Of a DNA stretch of 58,243 bases, positions 8,159-17,285 are shown piece by piece; within the stretch, counting starts at the first letter, position 1, and each line of letters opens with the position of its first letter. The translations under genes and the position numbers were made by a program. The notes below the pieces were generated by a model. That model was not told the origin of the DNA, did no database searches, and was given only the letters and a program-made list of their open reading frames with translations. Source of the DNA: a virus (Duplodnaviria; Caudoviricetes). The stretch spans positions 1 through 58,243 of IMG/VR virus record IMGVR_UViG_3300020313_000002. The stretch is one strand, 5' to 3'.

Positions 8159-8761
8159 ATGATCCATGTAGATCCTCCTTTTGATCTGGGTGAAACCCTT
8201 AAGGGGACAGACGACGATGGCAACGAAATCAATTCCCACTGGGAAGGTGCCATTTTTCAGTTCCCTGATTATGATCGAAGTCCTTCACCTCGTGGCAGTA
8301 AAAAGCGGCGAAGTGGCTCTACAATTCGAGCTATCTGCTGTAGAAATACCAGTGGCGGCGCTCTCGTTGTAGCTAAGAAAGTAGTTAAGTTTGACCTTAC
8401 TCCTGCTACTGCAAGACAGCTTGTTGGTAGCGTAGATGGTCAAGGCTCTGCTGTTAATCAACTTTGTGGTGTTGGCGACAATGAGCTAACCGGAGATGAA
8501 CTTACAACTGGCGTAGCCAGTAAAGATCTCTTCTGGGTAATCATTGGTGGCCCAGCTACTGTACTCTTCAAAGATAGTGAAAATATCGCCATTGGTGATC
8601 TTATCACGTCGAGTGCAACTGCTGGTGCAGCTATTGAAGCTACATCCGGTTCTGCTGCTGTTGCAATGGCTTCCGCTGCCAATCTTCTTGGCCGTGCTAT
8701 AGAAGCTGATTCCAGCACAAGTAGTGCTTCATTGTTGATTCACGTTAGTGTCAACATTTAA
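8159..8761 (+). CDS. Probable capsid decoration/cement protein
   Basis: Ala/Gly/Ser-rich protein directly after MCP with FWV..GGPA.V and IAIGD.I..S..AG.A pattern; followed by a terminator. Confidence 0.6.
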   Translation: MIHVDPPFDLGETLKGTDDDGNEINSHWEGAIFQFPDYDRSPSPRGSKKRRSGSTIRAICCRNTSGGALVVAKKVVKFDLTPATARQLVGSVDGQGSAVNQLCGVGDNELTGDELTTGVASKDLFWVIIGGPATVLFKDSENIAIGDLITSSATAGAAIEATSGSAAVAMASAANLLGRAIEADSSTSSASLLIHVSVNI

Positions 8762-8824
8762 TACCGAGTACCCGGCTGTGCAGCCGCACGATATGCACCT
8801 TACGGTGTATGGGGTCTTGGGTGC

Positions 8825-8859
8825 GACACCGGGTTCTTCGGAGCCCGGTGTCCTTTTTT
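8825..8859 (+). terminator. Rho-independent terminator after the capsid genes
   Basis: GACACCGGGTTC-TTCG-GAGCCCGGTGTC followed by CTTTTTT. Confidence 0.9.
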
Positions 8860-8877
8860 ATATAGAAAGCAAAACAA

Positions 8878-9288
8878 ATGCCTAATTTGGTAAACGTACA
8901 AACCGGGGAAACTCGTCCCATTCCCTATGACAATCCTGAAGTTCTCCAGCAAGTAGCGCAGGCTGTTGCACAGAGTGGCGGTCAGTTGATGGTGGTAGAT
9001 GATCAGGGAAATCAAATAGATCCTTCACAGCTAGTCCAAGCCGGTGGCGGCGGTGGTATGCAAGAGGGTGACTTAATGTCAACGATTCAGCATATCCAGC
9101 AAGGCATGCAGAATGGAACAATCCAGCCACCAGCTGGTGGTGGGCTTGGGCCAGCCGCATCGGGCGCTCCAGATCCGTCCATGATGGGCCCAGATCCTAT
9201 GCTAGCAGCAGGTCAGCAGGCTCAGGCAACTGGACATCAGCCGGGTCAGGTTCCCAATCTGATTCAGGAACGATTACTCGGAGGTTAA
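8878..9288 (+). CDS. Hypothetical Gln/Gly/Pro-rich protein
   Basis: 136-aa ORF, operon-packed. Confidence 0.7.
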   Translation: MPNLVNVQTGETRPIPYDNPEVLQQVAQAVAQSGGQLMVVDDQGNQIDPSQLVQAGGGGGMQEGDLMSTIQHIQQGMQNGTIQPPAGGGLGPAASGAPDPSMMGPDPMLAAGQQAQATGHQPGQVPNLIQERLLGG

Positions 9289-9289
9289 T

Positions 9290-9829
9290 ATGAGCCAAAG
9301 GGAATGTAAGACTTGTCATGTGAAGTTTCCTTTAACTAAAGACTTCTGGCACAGAGACAATAGCTCATCTGATGGATATCGTAAGATATGTAAGATGTGC
9401 CGTGCTGAAGAGCTTGAGAAGAAAAGGAAAGACGAGGTTGATGACAGACTTAAGAAGCTAGAAGACGCTGGCTTCAGTATGTTAGATAATCTAGTTAATG
9501 GCGGGTCTGAAGTTCCTCACATGGCTGAAACATTCCAGAGAATCATGGAAGCCTTTGGTGGGCCGGGAGGGTTCGCTTCTCAGCTAATGTCTACATACTT
9601 CAGGGCAGCACCGGGATCTCAACAGAGACAGAGGATTTTAGATTCAGTTCTCAGGCTAAACATAAAGGTTTCAGAATCTGGTGCTGCCAAGAAATCTCTT
9701 GAGGAGATGACCAACGAAGAGTTAGATAAAGAAATCGAAAAGTCTGTACGATCAATGATTGATCCTGATCTCTCAACACTTTATACCCTGACCCCTGCCG
9801 ATGGCGAAGAAGAAACCAAGGCCGGTTAG
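9290..9829 (+). CDS. Putative terminase small subunit with N-terminal Zn finger
   Basis: CKTC...CKMC motif; LEEMTNEELDKEI tail; overlaps the TerL start. Confidence 0.55.
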   Translation: MSQRECKTCHVKFPLTKDFWHRDNSSSDGYRKICKMCRAEELEKKRKDEVDDRLKKLEDAGFSMLDNLVNGGSEVPHMAETFQRIMEAFGGPGGFASQLMSTYFRAAPGSQQRQRILDSVLRLNIKVSESGAAKKSLEEMTNEELDKEIEKSVRSMIDPDLSTLYTLTPADGEEETKAG

Positions 9830-11531
9830 CATACCGCCTGAACAAAACATTATAACTTCGGTAACGGAGCACCAGCGCTCTGTTGTCAGGGGGTTACATG
9901 CAGAGCGCGCTAGACGTGATTGCGAGGCATTGCGACTTTATGAGCCGCTGCCATTTCAAGAAAGATATCATGCATGCGAGTCTAAGGAATGTTTAATTCA
10001 GGCAGGAAACCAAGTGGGGAAATCTCTCGCAGCATTTGTGGAAGATGCTCGTGCTGCGACTGGGCAGGATCCTTACGGGAAATATCCAAAAGAGAACGGG
10101 ATAATGGTATGCCTAGGGATGGACGAAGGGCACATTGGTCGGACGATACACAAGTATCTGTTCAGGGCTGGAGCATACAAGATCATCAAGGATCACATCA
10201 ATGGCAAATGGAGAGCTTGGAAGCCTTGGTTAGAGGCAGACTGGGAAAGAAAGGCGGAAGCAAAGCCAGCCCCTCCTCTTATACCTCCTAGATTTATTAA
10301 GCAGTTTGCTTGGAAGAAGCGTGCTCAGCATGTCTTTGAAATATGCGAGTTGCATAATGGCTGGACAATATATGCCATGGGTTCAAAGGGAGATCCATCA
10401 CAGGGTTTCCAAGCAGATTTAGTGCATATCGACGAGGACTTGGAGCGTTCTGAGTGGTATGACGAAATGATTGCACGTCTCTCCATGAGGGATGGAAAGC
10501 TACGATGGTCTGCACTGCCTCACTCCAAGAATGATGCATTGGTCAATCTTGTAGAAAGGGCTGAAGATGAAGAGGCAGAAGAGAATCCAAGTACAGTTGT
10601 CATACGAGCAACAATATTTGACAACCCTTTTATGCCTGAACAGGTTAAGCAAGAAAACATCAAAAGATGGAAAGCTAAAGGAGATGATGAGTTTAGAAAG
10701 CGTGCTCTCGGTGAAATGGTCACGGATAGCGTGCTTATGTACCCTACTTTCTCTAAGGATGTTCACACGGCAATTAAGTTCGATGAGCCAAGGAACAGGG
10801 TTCAGGAATATCTTACAAAGAACAATGGCATACCTCCCACTGACTGGTGCAGGTATATGGTTGTGGATCCCGGCCACAGTGTTTGTGCTGTTACTTTCTA
10901 TGCCACTCCTCCTCCTTCTTGGGGCGATTATGTGGTTGTTTATGATGAGTTATATATTCAACACTGCACGGCTTCCAAGTTCGCACAAAGTGTAGAGGCT
11001 AAGAAGGGTGACCAGCAGTTTGAGGCATTTATCATTGATGCCCACGGTGGTCGGATTAGGGATATAAGTACTGGTGTTCTCCCTAGGGTTCAATACTCTA
11101 AAGAACTTGAGTTACGTGATATAAGAAGCCATAGCACAGGATTTGGATTCTTAAATGGTAGCGACGATGTTGTTGGCCGAGAGATGAAGCTAAGGCAGTG
11201 GCTAAGCATAAAATCCAATGGATATCCTAAAATTTTAATTGTCACTCAAAGGTGTCCTAATCTCGTTAAAGAGTTTAATAGGTTCAAGAAAAAGACCATA
11301 AATGGTTTTATTACAGACCAAGGAAACAGGCGTGGCCCATGTCATGCCATAGAAACACTAGAATATGCAGTGGCTCACGGGCTAAAATATGTTAAGCCCA
11401 AAAAGAATGTTGTTAGGTCTGGTATAGTACAGACCATATTAGATGGAAGAAAGAGGCGTTCTGCTCAGCGTAAAGCTAGAGATCGCGGAGTTTCTTCTAA
11501 CCATATTTCCCTTGGCCCCACAGGAGAATAG
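9801..11531 (+). CDS. terL: Terminase large subunit
   Basis: PLPFQ Q-motif, Walker A AGNQVGKS, Walker B VHIDED, DNPF and RNase H-like VVDPG. Confidence 0.92.
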   Translation: MAKKKPRPVSIPPEQNIITSVTEHQRSVVRGLHAERARRDCEALRLYEPLPFQERYHACESKECLIQAGNQVGKSLAAFVEDARAATGQDPYGKYPKENGIMVCLGMDEGHIGRTIHKYLFRAGAYKIIKDHINGKWRAWKPWLEADWERKAEAKPAPPLIPPRFIKQFAWKKRAQHVFEICELHNGWTIYAMGSKGDPSQGFQADLVHIDEDLERSEWYDEMIARLSMRDGKLRWSALPHSKNDALVNLVERAEDEEAEENPSTVVIRATIFDNPFMPEQVKQENIKRWKAKGDDEFRKRALGEMVTDSVLMYPTFSKDVHTAIKFDEPRNRVQEYLTKNNGIPPTDWCRYMVVDPGHSVCAVTFYATPPPSWGDYVVVYDELYIQHCTASKFAQSVEAKKGDQQFEAFIIDAHGGRIRDISTGVLPRVQYSKELELRDIRSHSTGFGFLNGSDDVVGREMKLRQWLSIKSNGYPKILIVTQRCPNLVKEFNRFKKKTINGFITDQGNRRGPCHAIETLEYAVAHGLKYVKPKKNVVRSGIVQTILDGRKRRSAQRKARDRGVSSNHISLGPTGE

Positions 11532-11532
11532 T

Positions 11533-11925
11533 ATGTCTGATCAAATTGATCGTTCTGCTGCTGATAGATTTGTTATGCCCTCAATTGAGGTAGGAACTCC
11601 AGTTTCCTTTTATCCTCATGCGAATACCAATATGCATCCCATGTTGGCGTTCGTTTCCCGTGTATCCAGAACTGGTCGCAATATTATGTTGCGTGCTCAT
11701 TCTGGAGCAGTGTTTGAGGGAGTTAGACATTCGGACGATCCCAAATTACAGTGGAATGCAGACCACAGAGAGAATGGTTGCTGGGATTATACTGACGAAT
11801 GGAAGCGTGTTGAAAAAGAGAGGCAAGAAATCAAGGATCGCCTTGATGCTCTCGAATCCAGTGATTCTGAAAAGACTTCAAAAAAGGTTGGCCGACCCCG
11901 CAAAGAGCCGGTAGCAACTGAATAG
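11533..11925 (+). CDS. Hypothetical protein
   Basis: ATG after AGGAG; C-terminal coiled coil and GRPRK AT-hook-like motif. Confidence 0.7.
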   Translation: MSDQIDRSAADRFVMPSIEVGTPVSFYPHANTNMHPMLAFVSRVSRTGRNIMLRAHSGAVFEGVRHSDDPKLQWNADHRENGCWDYTDEWKRVEKERQEIKDRLDALESSDSEKTSKKVGRPRKEPVATE

Positions 11926-11938
11926 TAGGAAATGACTA

Positions 11939-14248
11939 ATGCCTCCAGAAGATTCCGCAAATAATCCATTCAATGCTATATGCTCCCAATGGATGGAAAA
12001 AATTAAAAAGGCCAAGAAACAGAAGGAAGAACGATTTGGCAAGTATGCTAAAGAGGCTTCTGACTTTTTTGATGGCTCTCATGATTTTATGTGGAAAGGC
12101 GAATACGCCAAAGGCGTTGGAGGATTTTTAGAAAAAGGAACTACTGGAGTACTCCCAACATTCCGAATGACAGTGAATAGGGTATTTGAAGCTGTAGCTT
12201 TATTTGGCCCTGTCCTGTACCACCGGAATCCTTCCATACAGGTTAATCCCAAGATTACACCCAAAATAGAACCTATGGTTCTAGGCTTGAATCCTGATGA
12301 TCAGAACCAGATGCAGCAATGGCAGCAGATGGAGTTTGAGTCAGACTTCGAGAATGCTAAAAAACGTAATCATGCAAAGCTGAAGGAACATTTCCTTAAC
12401 TGGGTTCAACATGAGACTGACAAAAAAGACCAAGCTCGTATGGCTATTAATGAGGCCATTATTAAGGGTATGGGACTTTTATGGACAGAAATGTATCAGC
12501 CCAGCGGAAGTGAGACAAAGTACCCACGGAGCGTATATGTTTCTGTGGATGACCTTGTAATTGATCCCGATGCCCAATACTGGGAAGACGTTCAGTGGAT
12601 AGCACGAAGATGTGTCCATCCTGTATGGAAGGTTGAACGGGAGTATGGTCTTGAGCCGGGGTACATTCGTGGAAACATGTCCTCGCTATCAGCTCAATCT
12701 GAAGTAAAGAATAGAGGTAGAAAAGAAAGTTCTGGCGACAAACGCAAAGGGACATCTTATGACCTTATAGAATACTGGCAGATTTTTACGAAGTCGGGAT
12801 TTGGCGATAAACTTAAAGTTACAAATCGCGAGAAGAAGCCGACCAAATTTGATTATTCAATATTCGGTGATTTTTGTTACTTGGCAGTTAGTGAAGACAT
12901 ACCTTTCCCGCTTAATCTGCCGCCAAAATCGCTCGAAGAGGATCAAGAATCTGTTTTCATGCGTGCCCAGTGGCCTATCCCGTTTTGGACAGATGGTGGG
13001 TGGCCGTTCTCTAAATTGCATTTTTATGAAAAGCCAAAAGAGGTTTGGCCCATATCGCTTATTAAGCCAGCTATTGGCGAACTTCGGTTTGTCAATTGGT
13101 GTATGTCCTTCCTTGCAGACAAGGTGGCAGCTGCTAGCACTACCTATGTCGCAATAGCCAAAGCAGCTGGTGCGGAGATCCAAGATCAGATCAAGTCTGG
13201 TATGGGGCCGTATTCTGTCATTGAAGTCTCCGAAATTTATGGTGGCAAAATACAGGATATGATTTCATTCTTGGATTCTCCGAGTTTCAATGTTGATATC
13301 TGGAGAATGGTATCCGAAGTCCTCGATATGATTGATAAGAGGACTGGACTAACAGAGCTTTTGTATGGATTGTCAGGATCTACGCAGATTAGATCTGCAA
13401 CAGAAGCTGATGTTCGCAATCAGAATGTGTCTGTCAGGCCAGATGACATGGCCAGCCGTGTTGAGGATTGGCTCAGCAGTTGCGCATTGAAGGAAATGGA
13501 GGCAGCTGAGTGGTCAATGTCCGCAGAGGATATTTATCCGATATTAGGGCAAGTCGGTGCCATAGTTTGGGATCAGCAAATATCTCAAACGGATTTTGAG
13601 CGAACAGTTAGAGATTACGATTATCGTGTTGAAGCTGGATCTGCCAGAAAACCCAACAAGACCAATCGGATCCGACAGTTAAACGATTTTGGGCAAATAG
13701 CTATGCCACTACTGCAAGAGTTTGTTGGCATGGGTATTAGTGGCCCATACAATGCCTACCTCACAGACTGGGCTAAGGCTAATGAGTTAGATGTTGAACC
13801 ATATTTAATTGATATGGAGGAGATACGTGCTCAGCAGCAAGAGGAAGAAGCGGCAGCTCAGGAAGGCAATCCTGAGATGGAAATGCAGCAACAGCAAATC
13901 CAAATGCAGCAGCAGATGGCACAGCTTGAGTTGCAGGAAAAGCAGCTTGACATGCAATCAAAGCAATTTGAGATGCAAATCAAGCAAGCTGAAGCGCAGT
14001 CAAAGCAGTCGGACTCAGCGAACGCACAGCAAGTGGCACTACAGAAGGCTCAGACTGAACAACAAAAGATTCAGATTGAGCAAGCAAAGCATATGCAGGA
14101 TATGCAACAAGATTCCGAGCGTCACATTATGGAGCTTGAGCAAGCAAAGGAGAAACATCAACTCGAACTTGAGTTTATGAGAGAGAAATCCCGCACCCAG
14201 AAAGAGATGACTAATGCCAAAAAAGCCCAATCCACGCAAAGCGAGTGA
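11939..14248 (+). CDS. Portal protein
   Basis: 769 aa with N.V...V.L, AIIKGMGLL, LVIDPDA...WIARR, TGLTELLYG and SATEA motifs, and a Gln-rich C-terminal coiled coil (P22-like barrel). Confidence 0.85.
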   Translation: MPPEDSANNPFNAICSQWMEKIKKAKKQKEERFGKYAKEASDFFDGSHDFMWKGEYAKGVGGFLEKGTTGVLPTFRMTVNRVFEAVALFGPVLYHRNPSIQVNPKITPKIEPMVLGLNPDDQNQMQQWQQMEFESDFENAKKRNHAKLKEHFLNWVQHETDKKDQARMAINEAIIKGMGLLWTEMYQPSGSETKYPRSVYVSVDDLVIDPDAQYWEDVQWIARRCVHPVWKVEREYGLEPGYIRGNMSSLSAQSEVKNRGRKESSGDKRKGTSYDLIEYWQIFTKSGFGDKLKVTNREKKPTKFDYSIFGDFCYLAVSEDIPFPLNLPPKSLEEDQESVFMRAQWPIPFWTDGGWPFSKLHFYEKPKEVWPISLIKPAIGELRFVNWCMSFLADKVAAASTTYVAIAKAAGAEIQDQIKSGMGPYSVIEVSEIYGGKIQDMISFLDSPSFNVDIWRMVSEVLDMIDKRTGLTELLYGLSGSTQIRSATEADVRNQNVSVRPDDMASRVEDWLSSCALKEMEAAEWSMSAEDIYPILGQVGAIVWDQQISQTDFERTVRDYDYRVEAGSARKPNKTNRIRQLNDFGQIAMPLLQEFVGMGISGPYNAYLTDWAKANELDVEPYLIDMEEIRAQQQEEEAAAQEGNPEMEMQQQQIQMQQQMAQLELQEKQLDMQSKQFEMQIKQAEAQSKQSDSANAQQVALQKAQTEQQKIQIEQAKHMQDMQQDSERHIMELEQAKEKHQLELEFMREKSRTQKEMTNAKKAQSTQSE

Positions 14249-14789
14249 TTACGAGAGACATAGAGCAGAATCCGAGAGGTTAGGTGTTCTAGATTTTTTT
14301 GAAGACTTGATCGACAAGGGGAATAACCCCGGTTTTGCAGCGATGTTAGCCCAAAGACAGCCTCCGGGCTCCAAGGGTACAGAACGTGCATTCCTAGAAG
14401 GTATGCATGGATGGGCAGATAATGTTAGTAAAGAGTGTGCTACTGAGCTGCATAGGCAGGCAAAGAATGCTGGCATTGCTACTCAGGGCAAGAAGTATAT
14501 AGGTGGACTTGGGAGGCCGACTGACCCCGGCGCTTGGGTTTCAACTATGGATGATGTTACTGAGACTGCTAAGCGTAAAGGTTTGACGGTCACAGGTGCC
14601 ATAAATTATCAGGCTCCCGCCCAAAAGCCTAAAAGAGTTAGAATGGCAGAAGACCTAGTTCAGCACCAAATGGCAGTCGAATGCCACAAAGACCCCGGTT
14701 TAGCCGAAAAAGTTAAGAAAAGCCCCAAGAAGATGAGAGATCTTAGGGAAAAAGTTATTAACAAACATTCTAAGCCTGTGAAGGAATAG
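14214..14789 (+). CDS. Hypothetical basic protein
   Basis: 191-aa ORF overlapping the portal end. Confidence 0.7.
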   Translation: MPKKPNPRKASDYERHRAESERLGVLDFFEDLIDKGNNPGFAAMLAQRQPPGSKGTERAFLEGMHGWADNVSKECATELHRQAKNAGIATQGKKYIGGLGRPTDPGAWVSTMDDVTETAKRKGLTVTGAINYQAPAQKPKRVRMAEDLVQHQMAVECHKDPGLAEKVKKSPKKMRDLREKVINKHSKPVKE

Positions 14790-14791
14790 CG

Positions 14792-16102
14792 ATGGCCGAC
14801 TATAGAAAGCCCGGTTTTTTTGGGCAAATGCAGCAGGATCAGCAATTTGCAGATCAAGCGATGTCTAATGTATTTCAGCAAGAATTAAATCAGGGTCGTG
14901 GCTTTGCTCCCGGTGCAATTGTCAATAATCCTGCTGATTTCATTCCAGATCCTCGTGGAACAGGCGTTCCAATGAGAAGGGATAAACCTCAGCAAAACGT
15001 ACTGCCTGAGACTTTTGGAGTACAGACATCTACTGGGTTTCAGATTGGTGCTAATGATATAGTTCTTTCTGAAGCGCCTGCAGCTGGTCGCCCTCATATG
15101 TTTTATAGAAAACCGGATGGTAGCCTGAGCGCTAGGTATGTCAGGGCAGATGGCTCCAAGGCTACGTATAATCCTCGTACTAAGCATGTTACACCCGGTG
15201 GTCAGCTTGTTGACGGTGAGACAGATCCTGAAATCTTGAAGACATTAGGTGTTATAGGTAATGAACAGACGCAAGTTTCGCCATTTACTTATCTGAGGGA
15301 GGGTGGACAGGCCCAAGTAATTGCAAATCCTGTATATGCTGCTATTCCAAATACTAGTGGGCCAGCTAACCCAACGGGGATTGTTGGAGGGGTTCCCAAT
15401 TTTGGCCCATCAACTCCATCAAGCACTGCTACAAATTTGCAATCTGGGCCAAATGTTCCTAGGCATCCACAGAAACCGCTGCCTCCGGTGCCTACAGCCA
15501 ATCCTTCATCCTTTTCGCCATCTGGAGGAATTGATCCCAGATTTGTTCCTTGGCCGCCAGTAAAGAATCCAGATCAATCACAAGAGATGGATCAATTTCA
15601 TGGGTCATACCAAGAGGCTGGGTCTACGCCAATGATGTTTGCAGGAGCACCATTTTCCCCTCAAGGCCCACCTCCACCACCTCCGGGGATGAGAGCATCT
15701 CCTATGGGATACATACCGGATCAACCCGTTTATAATGATCCACGGCTAGAGGGCACAAAACAGTGGCCTATAGGAACTCACCCAGTTTATGGCCAGACGG
15801 GTTCATACTACGGGTCAGGTGTCACACCGTTGGCTCCTGAACATGTAGTTCCCGGTCAGAATGCACCGCTTCCACAAGGCCAAGGCGAATTGTCGGCACC
15901 TAACAAGCCGGGACACGGATATGGTTCGCCAACATTTACTCAGACAGCACAGCAAGTTGTCGAAGACCATCTAAATCAAGCAACTCTTGCTGCCGAGGAG
16001 ATAGGCACTCCCGGCGCTGGTGCTGATTCTGGAATATTACAGCGCATACGTGAAAACCGGAAGCGTCGAAGATCGCAACGAAAACAAAATAGAGGCAGGT
16101 AA
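14792..16102 (+). CDS. Hypothetical Pro-rich, probably disordered virion-region protein
   Basis: 436 aa with an Arg-rich C-terminus. Confidence 0.75.
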   Translation: MADYRKPGFFGQMQQDQQFADQAMSNVFQQELNQGRGFAPGAIVNNPADFIPDPRGTGVPMRRDKPQQNVLPETFGVQTSTGFQIGANDIVLSEAPAAGRPHMFYRKPDGSLSARYVRADGSKATYNPRTKHVTPGGQLVDGETDPEILKTLGVIGNEQTQVSPFTYLREGGQAQVIANPVYAAIPNTSGPANPTGIVGGVPNFGPSTPSSTATNLQSGPNVPRHPQKPLPPVPTANPSSFSPSGGIDPRFVPWPPVKNPDQSQEMDQFHGSYQEAGSTPMMFAGAPFSPQGPPPPPPGMRASPMGYIPDQPVYNDPRLEGTKQWPIGTHPVYGQTGSYYGSGVTPLAPEHVVPGQNAPLPQGQGELSAPNKPGHGYGSPTFTQTAQQVVEDHLNQATLAAEEIGTPGAGADSGILQRIRENRKRRRSQRKQNRGR

Positions 16103-17280
16103 TGGCTGTTTCCGAACACGTTTACACGTATAGCGACATGATGGACTACGTTACTGCCCTTACGGACGGTGGCGCTAGAACTAAAGATCTTCGTATGCAT
16201 AAGGAGATTATTACTGGTGCATACAGGGATGTAGCAATGTGCTATGAGTGGAAATACTACAGCAAGGAAGCTCGTGTAGATCTTGTCGCTAATTATAATA
16301 CTGGAACTATACAGTATTTTGACGCTGCGCGAGAAGTTGAACTTACTGGAGGATCGTGGCCTACATGGTCTAAGTATGGGCGCATAAGAATAAATGATGT
16401 CGTCTATGACATTGAGGGGGATGGATCTGAAGATGACAGAAAAGTTTTAACTACAGATTCAAATCCCGGCGAAGCTATATCGTCAGGTACTAGTTATGAT
16501 CTTTTTCGTAGTGTCTATTCCTTACCGGATGACCTCTGGCGTATTTACGATGTCGGAGTAGAAAAAAATCATTGGATCACTTACTACATTTCCCCAACCG
16601 AGTGGAGACAACGAGAGGCATTCCATCAAGCCTCTGGTCAAACTTGGGCGTGGACGATCATGAAAGACCCTGATAATGATGGGCGATGGTCGTTGTGTGT
16701 CGATCCTAGTCCCAGTACCGCTGAACCTTTGATGTTTGTGTACAGACGTAAGCCAAGGGTGCTTCGGTGGGCAGGAACTGAAACTGCGGCACGCACTGGC
16801 ACAACATCAGGTTCGGTTTCAGCAGGTGGAACAGAAATCGCTATAGCTAGCGCTACAATGTCTCCTTCAATGGTAGGATCCATTATCCGTATAGGCGACA
16901 CTTCTACAGTTCCTACAGGTCTTGCTGGCAGTAGCCCTTATGTGGAGCAGGCCAAGATAAAATCTATTGCTGGTAATACGCTTACACTTGCCGAAGGTGT
17001 TACCAATGCGATTTCATCAGGCACTAAGGTTATGATTACCGATCCGATAGATATGCCAGACACAATGATAGAAGCCTTGAAGTCGCAGATCGAGTATCGC
17101 TTTGCGAGATTTGCTAATGATCAACGAGGCTTGGCTACCGCAAGGCAGGTGGCCGACTTTGAACTTCGCCGTGCTTTAGAGGCTGATCAGATTCACCATT
17201 CGGGTGCCGGGACTGCACATCATTCCCGATACAACTATCTGTTTAGGCATCTTGACGGCCATATAACAACGGATAGTTAA
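16102..17280 (+). CDS. Probable head-tail adaptor (tail tubular protein A-like) with inserted beta domains
   Basis: Helical N-terminus, then EWKY, YSLPDD and P.P....L...Y.RKP motifs; position before the nozzle gene. Confidence 0.65.
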   Translation: MAVSEHVYTYSDMMDYVTALTDGGARTKDLRMHKEIITGAYRDVAMCYEWKYYSKEARVDLVANYNTGTIQYFDAAREVELTGGSWPTWSKYGRIRINDVVYDIEGDGSEDDRKVLTTDSNPGEAISSGTSYDLFRSVYSLPDDLWRIYDVGVEKNHWITYYISPTEWRQREAFHQASGQTWAWTIMKDPDNDGRWSLCVDPSPSTAEPLMFVYRRKPRVLRWAGTETAARTGTTSGSVSAGGTEIAIASATMSPSMVGSIIRIGDTSTVPTGLAGSSPYVEQAKIKSIAGNTLTLAEGVTNAISSGTKVMITDPIDMPDTMIEALKSQIEYRFARFANDQRGLATARQVADFELRRALEADQIHHSGAGTAHHSRYNYLFRHLDGHITTDS

Positions 17281-17285
17281 TTAAA

